Made by a program: the position numbers and the translations under genes | Shown: one piece after another, positions 8,942 through 18,270 of the stretch | Position numbering within the stretch: position 1 is the first letter of the stretch | Layout: the number at the start of each line of letters is the position of its first letter | Virus record (IMG/VR): IMGVR_UViG_3300037248_000024 | Coordinates: 1 to 64,000 of that record | DNA length: 64,000 nt | Source of the DNA: a virus | Direction: 5' to 3' (one strand) | Notes under the pieces: generated by a model | Seen by the model: only the letters and a program-made list of their open reading frames with translations | Told to the model about the DNA's origin: nothing | The model's database searches: none

Positions 8942-10849
8942 ATGAAAAAATGGCTTCTCACCGCGTTGCTGTGCATCGTTCCGTCCCTGGCATGGGCGGC
9001 ATGTGAACCGACAAACGCCACTCCGGGAATGATTGGGTGCTGGCCGCAGGTCACCACGATGTCGCTTACCGATTCCGTGGACATCTGGCAACCGCTGGCA
9101 TTCCCGGCGTCCGCCAACCGAATTCATCTCCAGGACTTTTTGCATGTCGCACCACCGATTGGCGATGTCACGCCGAACACGGGAAGGTTTTCGACGCTGA
9201 CCGCGACGGGCGCGGCATCGCTGAACAGCGGCGGCGCACTCTCCGGCACCTTCACGGGCAACCCCATCTTCAATGGCAACCCCATCTTCTCCGGCGCGGT
9301 GACTTTCACCGGATCGGCGCCATCAGGGGCCGGTATCACGGCGTTGTTTGGTTCGCCTCCCGCGATCGGTTCCGTTGCTCCGGGGTCAGTCAGTTCCGCG
9401 AGTGGCGCGCTGAACGGAACGCTTGGTGCCACGACGCCGAATACGGCGGCGGTGACCTCTCTGACCCAGAGTATGTCCTATATCCAAATCGATCCCAATC
9501 CCTTCGATCTCGCCAGCGCCAGCACGCAACTCTGCACATCCGCTCAATTCTGGTGCAGCCACGCCACCGTTACGTCCATCGGTACGCTGACCGGCGTGAC
9601 CGATGCTACCTCGTTCGTCCTGGCGGACTCCGTGCTGTCCTCGGGCCAGGTTCAAGGATGGGATTATGTGTTGACGGTGGCTCCAAACGGAACCTCGGCG
9701 TCCGGGACGCGCCTCGGCATGGTGGTTCTACTTCAGCAGATCGGCACCTTGAACGGGGGAACCATAACCAACTCCGGCATATCGACCGCGTTTGGGGCAT
9801 CGGTGGCGATGAAATCCAATCTGGGCGGGACGGCCACGCTTTACGCCGGAGAGGGAAACGCTTTTGTTACTTATTGCGAACTTTTCGCCACCGCGACATA
9901 CACCCATGGATGCGCCGCTTATGAGACGGACATCGGCGTTGCCGCGGGTGGGTCGTACGATCAGATCAGTCACTTTAATCTGGTAACCTCATCCCAGCAC
10001 GCCGTGGAAGGTCTTACCAATAGCAATTTCGGGATTCAGATCACGGCGCAGACCGGCGCGCGCGCCGATATAAAATATGGGATCAAGTTCGCCGATGCCA
10101 GTTCGCAATATGCCTTTGATCCATTCGCTCATCTGCTGTCGTCACCCGTGCCGGGGTCGGGTTCGCTTTCAGCGGCGTCAGGAATTGATTTCGCCAACAT
10201 GACCTATAAGGCGTTCTCGTCGCGCCAACCATTTTCAATGGATGTGCCGCTACAGGCGACCGGCATCACCACGGCAACACGCCTGACCAGCACTGGCGCG
10301 GCGGCGAACTCATTTGTTTATGAAGCCGTCGTGACAGGACGCGGGACCGGCTATACGAGTAATCCCACGGTCGCGGTCACGGGATGCACGTCTACCGTCA
10401 TCAACGCTGAACCTGGAAACGGCGGGGCGTTCGGGTTATCCGGTGTCTACACACCGGGAAGCGCGTGCGCCGCCGAGTCCACGGCATCAATCAGTGGCGG
10501 CGGTGGTTCTGGTGCCACGATGGCGCTACAGATCGCTGGTAACACCGTCAATCTTCCGATCAATTCAACGAACACGATACAATGTTCCGCCGCGGCGCAG
10601 GATGCCAGCGGTCACAGCTATGGCTTCACGATTTCCTTTGGCGTTACGATGGGCGCCACTGCGAGTACGACGGCGCTTGTCGGTTCTCCCACCTGGATGC
10701 AGGTATATCCAGCCAGCGGGACAGCAATCGCATTATCGGTCGCGGCCGACACCACGCTTGGCGCCGTCAACATTACCGCGACCCCAACATCCGGGACGTG
10801 GAATATTGGCGGCAAATGCACCGTCGTTTCGACGAGTCAGGTGATCTGA
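8942..10849 (+). CDS. Tail fibre/spike-like protein with a Sec-type signal peptide
   Basis: MKKWLLTALLCIVPSLAWA|A; shaft repeats PIGDVTPNTGRFSTL and GTLGATTPNTAAVTSL; GTGYTSNPTV..SGGGGSGA. Confidence 0.65.
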   Translation: MKKWLLTALLCIVPSLAWAACEPTNATPGMIGCWPQVTTMSLTDSVDIWQPLAFPASANRIHLQDFLHVAPPIGDVTPNTGRFSTLTATGAASLNSGGALSGTFTGNPIFNGNPIFSGAVTFTGSAPSGAGITALFGSPPAIGSVAPGSVSSASGALNGTLGATTPNTAAVTSLTQSMSYIQIDPNPFDLASASTQLCTSAQFWCSHATVTSIGTLTGVTDATSFVLADSVLSSGQVQGWDYVLTVAPNGTSASGTRLGMVVLLQQIGTLNGGTITNSGISTAFGASVAMKSNLGGTATLYAGEGNAFVTYCELFATATYTHGCAAYETDIGVAAGGSYDQISHFNLVTSSQHAVEGLTNSNFGIQITAQTGARADIKYGIKFADASSQYAFDPFAHLLSSPVPGSGSLSAASGIDFANMTYKAFSSRQPFSMDVPLQATGITTATRLTSTGAAANSFVYEAVVTGRGTGYTSNPTVAVTGCTSTVINAEPGNGGAFGLSGVYTPGSACAAESTASISGGGGSGATMALQIAGNTVNLPINSTNTIQCSAAAQDASGHSYGFTISFGVTMGATASTTALVGSPTWMQVYPASGTAIALSVAADTTLGAVNITATPTSGTWNIGGKCTVVSTSQVI

Positions 10850-11016
10850 TGAGCATCCGCCGCGACGCAGGCCAGGATGTAGGATACGCGCAGGCCAGGA
10901 CATTTATCCGTCCGCGCGATGACCTTGCTCCAGGTCTCATCGCAACCAAAGCAACGGCTCGTGGCGTGGCGAGGGGCCGGGAAGTCATGGCCCTGGTACT
11001 CGGTTTCGATGGACAT
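10837..11016 (-). CDS. 59-aa Cys-containing hypothetical protein (below ORF-track cutoff)
   Basis: AGGAGG RBS then MSIETEYQGHDF..CFGCD..; last gene of the inverted island. Confidence 0.45.
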   Translation of the reverse strand: MSIETEYQGHDFPAPRHATSRCFGCDETWSKVIARTDKCPGLRVSYILACVAADAHQIT

Positions 11017-11028
11017 GCCGTCCTCCTG

Positions 11029-11385
11029 TCAGGGTTTCGGGGCCGCGGTGATGACGGCCGCCGCCGCCTTCGCTTCGTCCCGCTCCTTCGTCAGGGCGGC
11101 GACCTGTTCCCGCAACGCACTCGCCGCCGCCTCTCTGCCTTTGATTGCCGCCGACACGGCCGGGCATTGGCCTGTGTCGCGGGTCACGCCGTTCTGCGGC
11201 ACCTCAACCGACACGCAGGCCGCGATTGTGTTGATATAATCCGAGACCTCGCCGTACGGCCTCGCCGCGAGGTATTGCCGGATCGACACGACAAGAGCCG
11301 TGGGAAGCTCGAGGGTGGGCGGGGCTTCCTGTGCGAGGGCAGTAGCCGAAGCCAGAAGGCATGCAGCCAATGCTAAACGTTTCAT
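11029..11385 (-). CDS. Exported coiled-coil protein
   Basis: MKRLALAACLLASATALA|Q signal peptide; Cys pair; C-terminal coiled coil. Confidence 0.6.
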   Translation of the reverse strand: MKRLALAACLLASATALAQEAPPTLELPTALVVSIRQYLAARPYGEVSDYINTIAACVSVEVPQNGVTRDTGQCPAVSAAIKGREAAASALREQVAALTKERDEAKAAAAVITAAPKP

Positions 11386-11765
11386 TTCGGCGCTCCGGTG
11401 ATGGTCACAGTGTCGTCGCAGAGATCGATGGTGATGGGACCCGGAAGAGTGGTGCCTTCGTTAAGATGGATGCTGTGGCGCCAGCCAGGATTTACATCCC
11501 TGGGACCCACGGCGCGCTCACCGGCCTGAACCGAAAATGTAATTTCCATGTCGCACTTTCCGATTATTGGAACTCCTTCTCTTTCATGTTGGACGGGTGT
11601 TGGATAAAAGGGCCTCCAGTTATCGGCCCGGGGAATGCTTGTGGAATCGCAGCGCGTGACGAGATCGTCTTGCAAAACAACACATGGCGCGGCGTCTGTC
11701 CCGTTCGGCGCCTGTGCGAACGCAGGCCCGGCAACCAACAAAAACACAGCGGCGAGACGTTTCAT
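11382..11765 (-). CDS. Exported Cys-containing protein
   Basis: Likely start ATG 11765, MKRLAAVFLLVAGPAFA|Q; four Cys. Confidence 0.55.
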   Translation of the reverse strand: MKRLAAVFLLVAGPAFAQAPNGTDAAPCVVLQDDLVTRCDSTSIPRADNWRPFYPTPVQHEREGVPIIGKCDMEITFSVQAGERAVGPRDVNPGWRHSIHLNEGTTLPGPITIDLCDDTVTITGAPK

Positions 11766-11950
11766 GGGGTAGGGTCCTTTGTTTTTTCGGTCATGATAGC
11801 CGCTTCTTTCTTCGCCATGTCCGCCATCTTTTCCAGGACGGCCAACCGCACGAATGCGGAGAGCGTTAGCCCCATGGACTCGGCATGGACTTTCGCGCAT
11901 CGCTTCTGGAACGCGGTCAATCGCACCTCCAGGCTGTCGTTCTTTTTCAT
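11762..11950 (-). CDS. Ribbon-helix-helix (CopG/MobC-like) regulator, leaderless
   Basis: SLEVRLT..AESMGLTLSAFVRLAVLE; promoter ends 7 nt before ATG. Confidence 0.7.
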   Translation of the reverse strand: MKKNDSLEVRLTAFQKRCAKVHAESMGLTLSAFVRLAVLEKMADMAKKEAAIMTEKTKDPTP

Positions 11951-11957
11951 ACCGGAC

Positions 11958-11986
11958 AGACTAGGTGCATTACAAGGGCGCGTCAA
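11958..11986 (-). promoter_or_regulatory. Sigma70 promoter for the inverted island (leaderless)
   Basis: TTGACG-N17-TAGTCT-N7-ATG. Confidence 0.6.
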
Positions 11987-12007
11987 CCCCCTCAGGGAGA
12001 CCCCTTG

Positions 12008-12757
12008 ATGGCCGCGCAAAATTGGACCACGATCCAAAATGCCTGTCTGGTGGCGCTGTCGCAGTCCCCGGCCCCGTACAACGTCATCCCGGCCGATTTC
12101 ACGACGCAATTCCCACAAGCCACCAGCTATGCCGAGGATCGGATCAATACCGATCTCGCGTTGCTGAACACACGGCGGCGGGATACATCGACGGCGACCG
12201 GCGTGGGTAGCCGTGTTGTCTCCCTGTCCGCCGTGACGCCATTCATCACGGTGCCGGAGAGTTTCGCCCTTTTCTCTCCGGCCATCCTGAGCATACAGAA
12301 CGCGACCCGGTACCCTTTTATCGCGACGACCGTTGATTTCATCGATTCAATCTGGCCGATCGAGGGTAACATCATGGACCCAGCCCTGGCGTACAATGTT
12401 GGCCGTTACTGGGCATTGGCCGACGATCACACCATCATCTACGCGCCGACCGCGAATCAGGCCTACACCTGTGAAATCTGGGGTCAGTATCGTCCGGTAC
12501 CGATCTCGGCGGCCAATCCGACCACGTATCTTTCCACGTATTATTCGGGGTTGCTCATAGCGGGGTGCATGGTGTGGTTGATGGGGGCTTTGCTCCGTAA
12601 TTTTGGCGCGGCCAGCGAGGACCCCCGAGCCGCTTTATCGTGGGAGCAAGAGTACCAGACATTACTCTCTCTCGCGCGTTCGGAAGAGGCGCGTAGACGC
12701 CAGTTCGGCCCCGGCGGTTCCGCGAACGAAGCGCCGCCCGCCTCCGTGCGGGGGTAA
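12008..12757 (+). CDS. Tail adaptor/tubular protein
   Basis: GGGAGA RBS, ATG 12008; YAEDRI..DL, RYWA..IIYAPT..Y, SAANPTTYLSTYY..LLIAGCM. Confidence 0.7.
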   Translation: MAAQNWTTIQNACLVALSQSPAPYNVIPADFTTQFPQATSYAEDRINTDLALLNTRRRDTSTATGVGSRVVSLSAVTPFITVPESFALFSPAILSIQNATRYPFIATTVDFIDSIWPIEGNIMDPALAYNVGRYWALADDHTIIYAPTANQAYTCEIWGQYRPVPISAANPTTYLSTYYSGLLIAGCMVWLMGALLRNFGAASEDPRAALSWEQEYQTLLSLARSEEARRRQFGPGGSANEAPPASVRG

Positions 12758-12760
12758 GCC

Positions 12761-14788
12761 GTGGGAATCCCGCCGCGTCCTTTGATTCTCCAGCCTGGAA
12801 TAAGCACGCAGCAGACCGCCGTGCTGAATGAACAGGGTTGGTCGCAATCGCAACTCATCCGATTTTTTCAGGGCTTACTACAAAAATTAGGCGGGAGTGC
12901 CCGCGTCTCCAACTCAACTTTCTTCGGCATCTGCCGCGGCCTCCGGTCATGGTCGGACCTGACCGGGAATAATTACATCGGCATCGGCACGACGCAGCGC
13001 CTCTATGTCATGCTGAACTCGGTCCTGTCCGACATCACGCCGGTTCGTTCCGTCAGCAACCTGACGACGCCATTTACGACAACGGCGAGTTCTCCAATTG
13101 TCAGTGTGGCTGATGGCGCCGCCGCCGTCGCGCCAGGCGATTGGATCAATATTGAAAATCTGACCTATATCGACGGACTTCTGTTGCAAGGCTTCTATCC
13201 GGTCACGGCGGTCATCGGTGGCGGCTATCAGTTCGACGCCGGGGCGAATGCCATTGCTGGGGTTTCTGGTGGTGGCGCCGTATTACATTTTTCCACGTTG
13301 AACGCATCCCACACCGTCACGATCTCGCTCGGCGCTTATGTCTTCACCAACAACCAGGTCATCGAGGTCTTCTTTTCGACGACGGTCGGCGGCGTCACGC
13401 TGCAAGGTAATTACACGGTATCCGTCTCCGGTTCGACTTATACCATTCAGGCTTCGACCGCCGCCACGGGCAATAACACGATTTATGAAAACTCCAACCA
13501 GACGGCCATCGCGTATCTGATTGAAACAGCCATCGAAACCGGAAGCATCGGAAGCGGCGCGTTCGGTGTTGGGCTTTTCGGTTCCGGGCCGTATGGGACA
13601 TCCTCTTCGACACCACCGATCGGCGGTTGGCTCAGGCAGTGGTCGCTGGATGCCTGGGGCGAGGATTTGTTGGCCAATATCTGCTCAGGCCCGATCTATA
13701 CGTGGACGCCGCCCGTCGCCATCGGGAATACCGCGACCGTTCTGGCTAATTCGCCACCTCAAAATACCGGCATGTTCGTCAACGCGCCGAACCAACAGGT
13801 CATCGCGTTCGGCTGCACCGATCCGAACACGGGATTGCAGGACCCGATGCTGGTCCGGTGGTGCGATGTCGGTGACGATACCGACTGGACGGCCACGGCG
13901 ACCAATCAGGCCGGATCGTTCCGGTTGTCCTATGGCAATCAGATCGTGGGCGGCAGTCCCGTGGGCGGTCAGGCGATTCTTCAAACCGATCTCGACTTCT
14001 GGATGATGCAATATATCGGATTTCCGCTTGTCTATGGCTTCTTCCGAACCGCGCGGGACTGCGGACTTTACAGCCTGCGAAGCAGCGCGGTCTCCGGCAA
14101 TCTCATTGTCTGGCAAGGATATAACGATTTCCATCAGTACGACGGAAGCAGCGTGACAAACCTTCATTGCACGGTATGGGATTTTATCTTCAACAACATT
14201 GACAACAATTACCCTGGCGCGGCCTTCTCGGCGGTGGATGCGTACTTTACCGAGATGTTCTATTTTTTCCCAACGACGGGATCAAACGGCATCGCGAATG
14301 CTTATGTGAAGTTCAATTACAAGGATGGGTTGTGGGACTACGGCCCGATCGGGTCTCTTTCACGGTCGGCCTGGTATTCCGATGGTCCATCCGGGACGCC
14401 CCTCGGCACTGATTACAACGGCCTCGTGCAGGCTCAGGAGGCCGCGACCGACCTCGATGGCGTAGCGATGGACTCCTACGCGGTATCCGGCTGGATGGCA
14501 TTGAGTGAAGGCGACGAATATGCCTGCATGAAATGGTTCTTCCCCGATTTCATTATGACCGGCGGGAATGTCCTGGTGACCATTACGTTCAACGACTATT
14601 TCGATACGACCGACCCGTATAATCCGCCTCGGGTTTACGGGCCGTTCATCGTGACCCCGACGACACCTTATATCTGGGTGAATGGCCGGGGACGTTATTT
14701 CTCGGTCAAGGTCGAAAGCACTGGTCATGGTGTGTTCTGGCGGTTGGGCCGTTGCCGGATGATAATCCAACCCGATGGGAAACGCTAA
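12761..14788 (+). CDS. Tail nozzle / tail tubular protein B-like
   Basis: 675 aa; WSLDAWGEDL, DPMLVRWCD..DWTATATNQAGSFRL, terminal WRLGRCRMIIQPDGKR. Confidence 0.75.
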   Translation: MGIPPRPLILQPGISTQQTAVLNEQGWSQSQLIRFFQGLLQKLGGSARVSNSTFFGICRGLRSWSDLTGNNYIGIGTTQRLYVMLNSVLSDITPVRSVSNLTTPFTTTASSPIVSVADGAAAVAPGDWINIENLTYIDGLLLQGFYPVTAVIGGGYQFDAGANAIAGVSGGGAVLHFSTLNASHTVTISLGAYVFTNNQVIEVFFSTTVGGVTLQGNYTVSVSGSTYTIQASTAATGNNTIYENSNQTAIAYLIETAIETGSIGSGAFGVGLFGSGPYGTSSSTPPIGGWLRQWSLDAWGEDLLANICSGPIYTWTPPVAIGNTATVLANSPPQNTGMFVNAPNQQVIAFGCTDPNTGLQDPMLVRWCDVGDDTDWTATATNQAGSFRLSYGNQIVGGSPVGGQAILQTDLDFWMMQYIGFPLVYGFFRTARDCGLYSLRSSAVSGNLIVWQGYNDFHQYDGSSVTNLHCTVWDFIFNNIDNNYPGAAFSAVDAYFTEMFYFFPTTGSNGIANAYVKFNYKDGLWDYGPIGSLSRSAWYSDGPSGTPLGTDYNGLVQAQEAATDLDGVAMDSYAVSGWMALSEGDEYACMKWFFPDFIMTGGNVLVTITFNDYFDTTDPYNPPRVYGPFIVTPTTPYIWVNGRGRYFSVKVESTGHGVFWRLGRCRMIIQPDGKR

Positions 14789-15069
14789 TGGCCGGCGTCA
14801 ATGACATCTGGCAGACCTTCCAGCAACTGGTATTATCGGTTCAGTCGATCTCGAATCAGTTGAAGACGGGGCTTGTCGTTGATCCGGTGGCGACAAGTTA
14901 TACCGTGGCGATGCTTCCGGTTTCGGGCGCTCCGGGGCAGACTTTGTGGGCGAGTAACGGGCGTAAACCGGCCGAAGGTTCAGGGGCGGGAACTGGAGTT
15001 CCCGTGTTCTGGAACTCCGCTACGACACAGTGGTACTCTTATCTTTCTGGCACGCAGGTCACAAGCTAA
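14788..15069 (+). CDS. Small tail-associated protein
   Basis: TAATG coupling; YTVAMLP..GRKPAEGSGAGTGVPVFW. Confidence 0.6.
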   Translation: MAGVNDIWQTFQQLVLSVQSISNQLKTGLVVDPVATSYTVAMLPVSGAPGQTLWASNGRKPAEGSGAGTGVPVFWNSATTQWYSYLSGTQVTS

Positions 15070-15941
15070 TGCCGACATACACCTCCCAGAAGGGCCTTAT
15101 CCTTCCCACCGTTGGCGGTGACCTCAACGCATGGGGCGGCGAACTGAATGCCGGGTTGACGGCCATCCTGGATAATATCCTTGGTGGCGTCACCACGATC
15201 TCCGTTGCGGGGAATGCCAATGTCACGGTGACCTCTACGCAAGCGCAGTTTCTCTCGCAAAAACTGACCGGGATACTGACCGGAAATATCAATCTGATCT
15301 ACCCGACCGCCGGGGGTTTCTATTTCGTCAACAATGCCAGCACCGGATCGTTCTCGGTCACGGCCATCACCAGTGCGGGCAGCTCGACTGGTATTATCGT
15401 CCCTCAAGGGCAGATGACACTGGTCTGGTCCGATGGGACGAATGTTTATCCGGCCACATCCGCCTTCCAAACATTAACGGTTCTTGGCCTCCTGACGGCC
15501 AGCGGCGGGATTCTCGGCACGACGACGAACGACAACGCCGCCGCGGGGAATGTTGGGGAATATATTTCATCCACCGTTCTCAATCCAGCCGCCGTACCGC
15601 TGACCACGGGCATCCAAACAAATATCACATCAATTTCCCTTACGGCGGGGGATTGGGATGTCTGGGGTAATGTCGGACTGGTCCAGCCGTCGGACACCAT
15701 CATTGGCTTCGCCTATGTTGCCACGAACTCGGTGTCCGCGACGCTGCCAACCCCGCCAGGGAACGGCGGATCTACCACTTATACACCAGGTTCAACCCTC
15801 GCCGGAACCGCTCTTATACCCGCTGGGGTGGCTAGGTTTTCCCTGGCTGTCACTACGACGATCTATCTGGTAACGGAGGTCAACTTTACGGTTGATACCT
15901 GTTCGGCCTACGGCTTCATCGGCGCGCGGCGGGTTCGGTAG
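15069..15941 (+). CDS. Tail fibre protein (no signal peptide)
   Basis: N-terminal anchor MPTYT..G..NAWGGELN; GTTTNDNAAAGNVGEY..SLTAGDWDV..ARRVR tip. Confidence 0.7.
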   Translation: MPTYTSQKGLILPTVGGDLNAWGGELNAGLTAILDNILGGVTTISVAGNANVTVTSTQAQFLSQKLTGILTGNINLIYPTAGGFYFVNNASTGSFSVTAITSAGSSTGIIVPQGQMTLVWSDGTNVYPATSAFQTLTVLGLLTASGGILGTTTNDNAAAGNVGEYISSTVLNPAAVPLTTGIQTNITSISLTAGDWDVWGNVGLVQPSDTIIGFAYVATNSVSATLPTPPGNGGSTTYTPGSTLAGTALIPAGVARFSLAVTTTIYLVTEVNFTVDTCSAYGFIGARRVR

Positions 15942-15992
15942 TGACAAAGCGGTGCATGGTGTCATAAGGTCGCGCGGACAGGAGTTTTTGGG

Positions 15993-17030
15993 ATGCCGCT
16001 GGCGCAAGGAAACAGTCGGGAGATCGTGAGTTCCAACATCCGTGAAATGATCGCGTCGGGTCACCCCCGTGCTCAGGCCATCGCCGCCGCCCTCCGTACC
16101 GCCGATGAGTTCGGTAAACGCCGCGCCGCTGGTGGTTCAACGCCATCCGCTCCGACCGCTCCCACCTATCAAACAGCCTCTCCGCAAATCGCCAATGAGA
16201 GTAGTGGCTCCGGCATTCTCCCGAGCGGGCTGATGAGTGTGCCGCAGGTTGGTCCCTACACGCTCGACACAACCACCGGGGCACTGTCACCCTCGACGGT
16301 CGCCGCGTTGAACTCTTATGCGATGCGGGGGTTGCCGCCGCCTGGCATCACGGCTGGCGGGGTAGCGGCGGGGACTCCTCCTCTTACCGCCGCCGCTCAG
16401 ACGCCGTTCCAGACCATCGCCACGCTTTCCGCCCAGACCGATAAACGCGGTGGCCGGGTCGGGTTGGCCTCGGGCGGGTTCCCCTCGTCCTCTGAGGGTG
16501 CGCCATGGTTCATGCGTTCCGAGGCGCACGCAATGGATCATCCCTCGGGGCTGGTGCACGGGATCGGGGCGGGACGCACGGATACGGTGCCGATGAATCT
16601 GCCGAGCGGGAGTCATGTGATTCCGGCGGATATAATCTCGGGTCTGGGCCAAGGCAACACACTCTCCGGCGCGCACACCATGGGCATGGCCATGAAGGGT
16701 GGGCCTTATGGGATCAGCCTGCCGAGCGCGCCACACAAACCGATGTCACTTCCGAAACCGCCTGGGGGATTTCATCTCGCGGACGGCGGCGAGCCTCAGT
16801 TCGAGGGACACGCGATCAAGATCGCGAAGGGAAATGTGCCGGAGTCCGAGGGCGGCGTGAGGTGTATTTTGGCCAATGGCGAGTGGGTGTGCCACCCTGG
16901 GGAGGTACAGCGCATCCGATACAAGAAGTACAAAGGACACCAGGCCATTGATGAGTGGATTACCGACCGTCGCGCGGCTGACGTGAAGAAGATCAGAAAG
17001 CTGCCGGGGCCGGTGGGGATGGAGAAATGA
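15993..17030 (+). CDS. Internal virion protein with xAxGG motifs and two tape-measure-associated-type modules
   Basis: MPLAQGNSREIVSSNIREMIASGHPRAQAIAAAL; LASGG..GAGRTDTVPMNLPSGSHVIPAD; LADGG..LANGEWV. Confidence 0.6.
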   Translation: MPLAQGNSREIVSSNIREMIASGHPRAQAIAAALRTADEFGKRRAAGGSTPSAPTAPTYQTASPQIANESSGSGILPSGLMSVPQVGPYTLDTTTGALSPSTVAALNSYAMRGLPPPGITAGGVAAGTPPLTAAAQTPFQTIATLSAQTDKRGGRVGLASGGFPSSSEGAPWFMRSEAHAMDHPSGLVHGIGAGRTDTVPMNLPSGSHVIPADIISGLGQGNTLSGAHTMGMAMKGGPYGISLPSAPHKPMSLPKPPGGFHLADGGEPQFEGHAIKIAKGNVPESEGGVRCILANGEWVCHPGEVQRIRYKKYKGHQAIDEWITDRRAADVKKIRKLPGPVGMEK

Positions 17031-17049
17031 TCATTTTCGCGAGGGCCGC

Positions 17050-17535
17050 ATGACCCCCAAGCCCCAATCCGTCCGCCTCGCCCACCCCGGCGATGAAGAA
17101 CTTCTCTTCGCCCTGATCTGCGCCTCTGATGAGGAATGGTCATTCGGCACCCGCGATCTCGACAAAATCCGCAATGTGATCTGGGCCTCGATCCACACCG
17201 ACACACCAGAACGCCCGCGCTTTGGCGTCATTGAAGGGAGCGCCGTTCTGGAAGGGGCTATCGGTTTATTTCCCACGGAGCCGTGGAATTCATCGGACCT
17301 CTATCTCCGGGCATTCTTTCATTTCGTGCATCCGTTGTATCGTAAAACACGTCACGCCGTTGATCTCCGCGAGTTTGGCAAGTGGCTGGGCGACACCGCC
17401 GGGATGCCGGTGTTGTTCGAGTTGCCGCATATCGAACAGGCCGAGGCGAAGGCCAGGATGCTGGAGCGAGGCACGCAGTGGATCGGCGGGATGTTCATGC
17501 ACTGTGGGGTTGACGAGATGGTGTTGGTGGCGTGA
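17050..17535 (+). CDS. GNAT-like acetyltransferase, paralog 1
   Basis: VRLAHPGDEE..EGAIGL..PW..FVHPLYRKTRHA. Confidence 0.6.
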   Translation: MTPKPQSVRLAHPGDEELLFALICASDEEWSFGTRDLDKIRNVIWASIHTDTPERPRFGVIEGSAVLEGAIGLFPTEPWNSSDLYLRAFFHFVHPLYRKTRHAVDLREFGKWLGDTAGMPVLFELPHIEQAEAKARMLERGTQWIGGMFMHCGVDEMVLVA

Positions 17536-17783
17536 TGGAAATGCTCGCCGCCTTCCAGACCTGGAACGCGGGCCACCGCCATCCCGGCGCCACGTTCAAA
17601 AACCAGCACGAGGCACAGGCCGCCGTTCATGCCGAGATGAAGGCTGATCCTGAATTGGTCGCCGCACTAAGAGCAGAGCATGCCCGCGTCGCTGAAATCA
17701 CCGCGATCCGCAAAGAAGGTTGCATCATAACCGCCGACCGTCACCGCAGCCTGACCGCGATGCTGGCCGCGCACGATGGTTGA
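17535..17783 (+). CDS. Hypothetical protein
   Basis: Translationally coupled between the two GNAT-like genes. Confidence 0.45.
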   Translation: MEMLAAFQTWNAGHRHPGATFKNQHEAQAAVHAEMKADPELVAALRAEHARVAEITAIRKEGCIITADRHRSLTAMLAAHDG

Positions 17784-18270
17784 ATTTCCATCCGGTATGA
17801 GACTGGCGGCGGCGGGGGATGAAGGTCGCCTCTACGATCTGTTTCTCATGGCGCACATGGAGAACGGCTGGGGCGATGTTGACGAATCAATCGTGAGAAC
17901 GGCCATAGCGCGTGGATGCAAGCCCGATGGCGTCGTAATCGCACTGGTTGACGGCCCGGAACGGATTGAGGCGGCAATTGGGTTGCATCCGGTCAGGCCG
18001 TGGTATTGTTCGGATGCGGTGGGGAACTGGTATAATTCCGATCTTTTGATTTACGTGCATCCCTTGCATCGCCGGTCGCGTCATGCGGTAAAGCTCTTTC
18101 ATTTCGCGCAATGGTGGGAAGCCAAGACAGGGATGCCCGCGCTTCTCGGATTACTGCCAAAGGACGATCTCGAAGATAAGGAGCGGTTGTTCTCTAAATT
18201 TGGTCGGCGTATCGGTGGGTTGTATGTGATCGACAGTGCCGGACGTTGGCCTGAGAAGGCGGCGGCGTGA
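17776..18270 (+). CDS. GNAT-like acetyltransferase, paralog 2
   Basis: MRLAAAGDEG..EAAIGL..PW..YVHPLHRRSRHA; aligns by eye with 17050. Confidence 0.6.
   Translation: MVEFPSGMRLAAAGDEGRLYDLFLMAHMENGWGDVDESIVRTAIARGCKPDGVVIALVDGPERIEAAIGLHPVRPWYCSDAVGNWYNSDLLIYVHPLHRRSRHAVKLFHFAQWWEAKTGMPALLGLLPKDDLEDKERLFSKFGRRIGGLYVIDSAGRWPEKAAA

Noticed and set aside
17117-17124. Self-target of the TnpB guide (TCTGCGCC)
   Set aside because: Only 8 nt match, expected by chance; my manual search was not exhaustive
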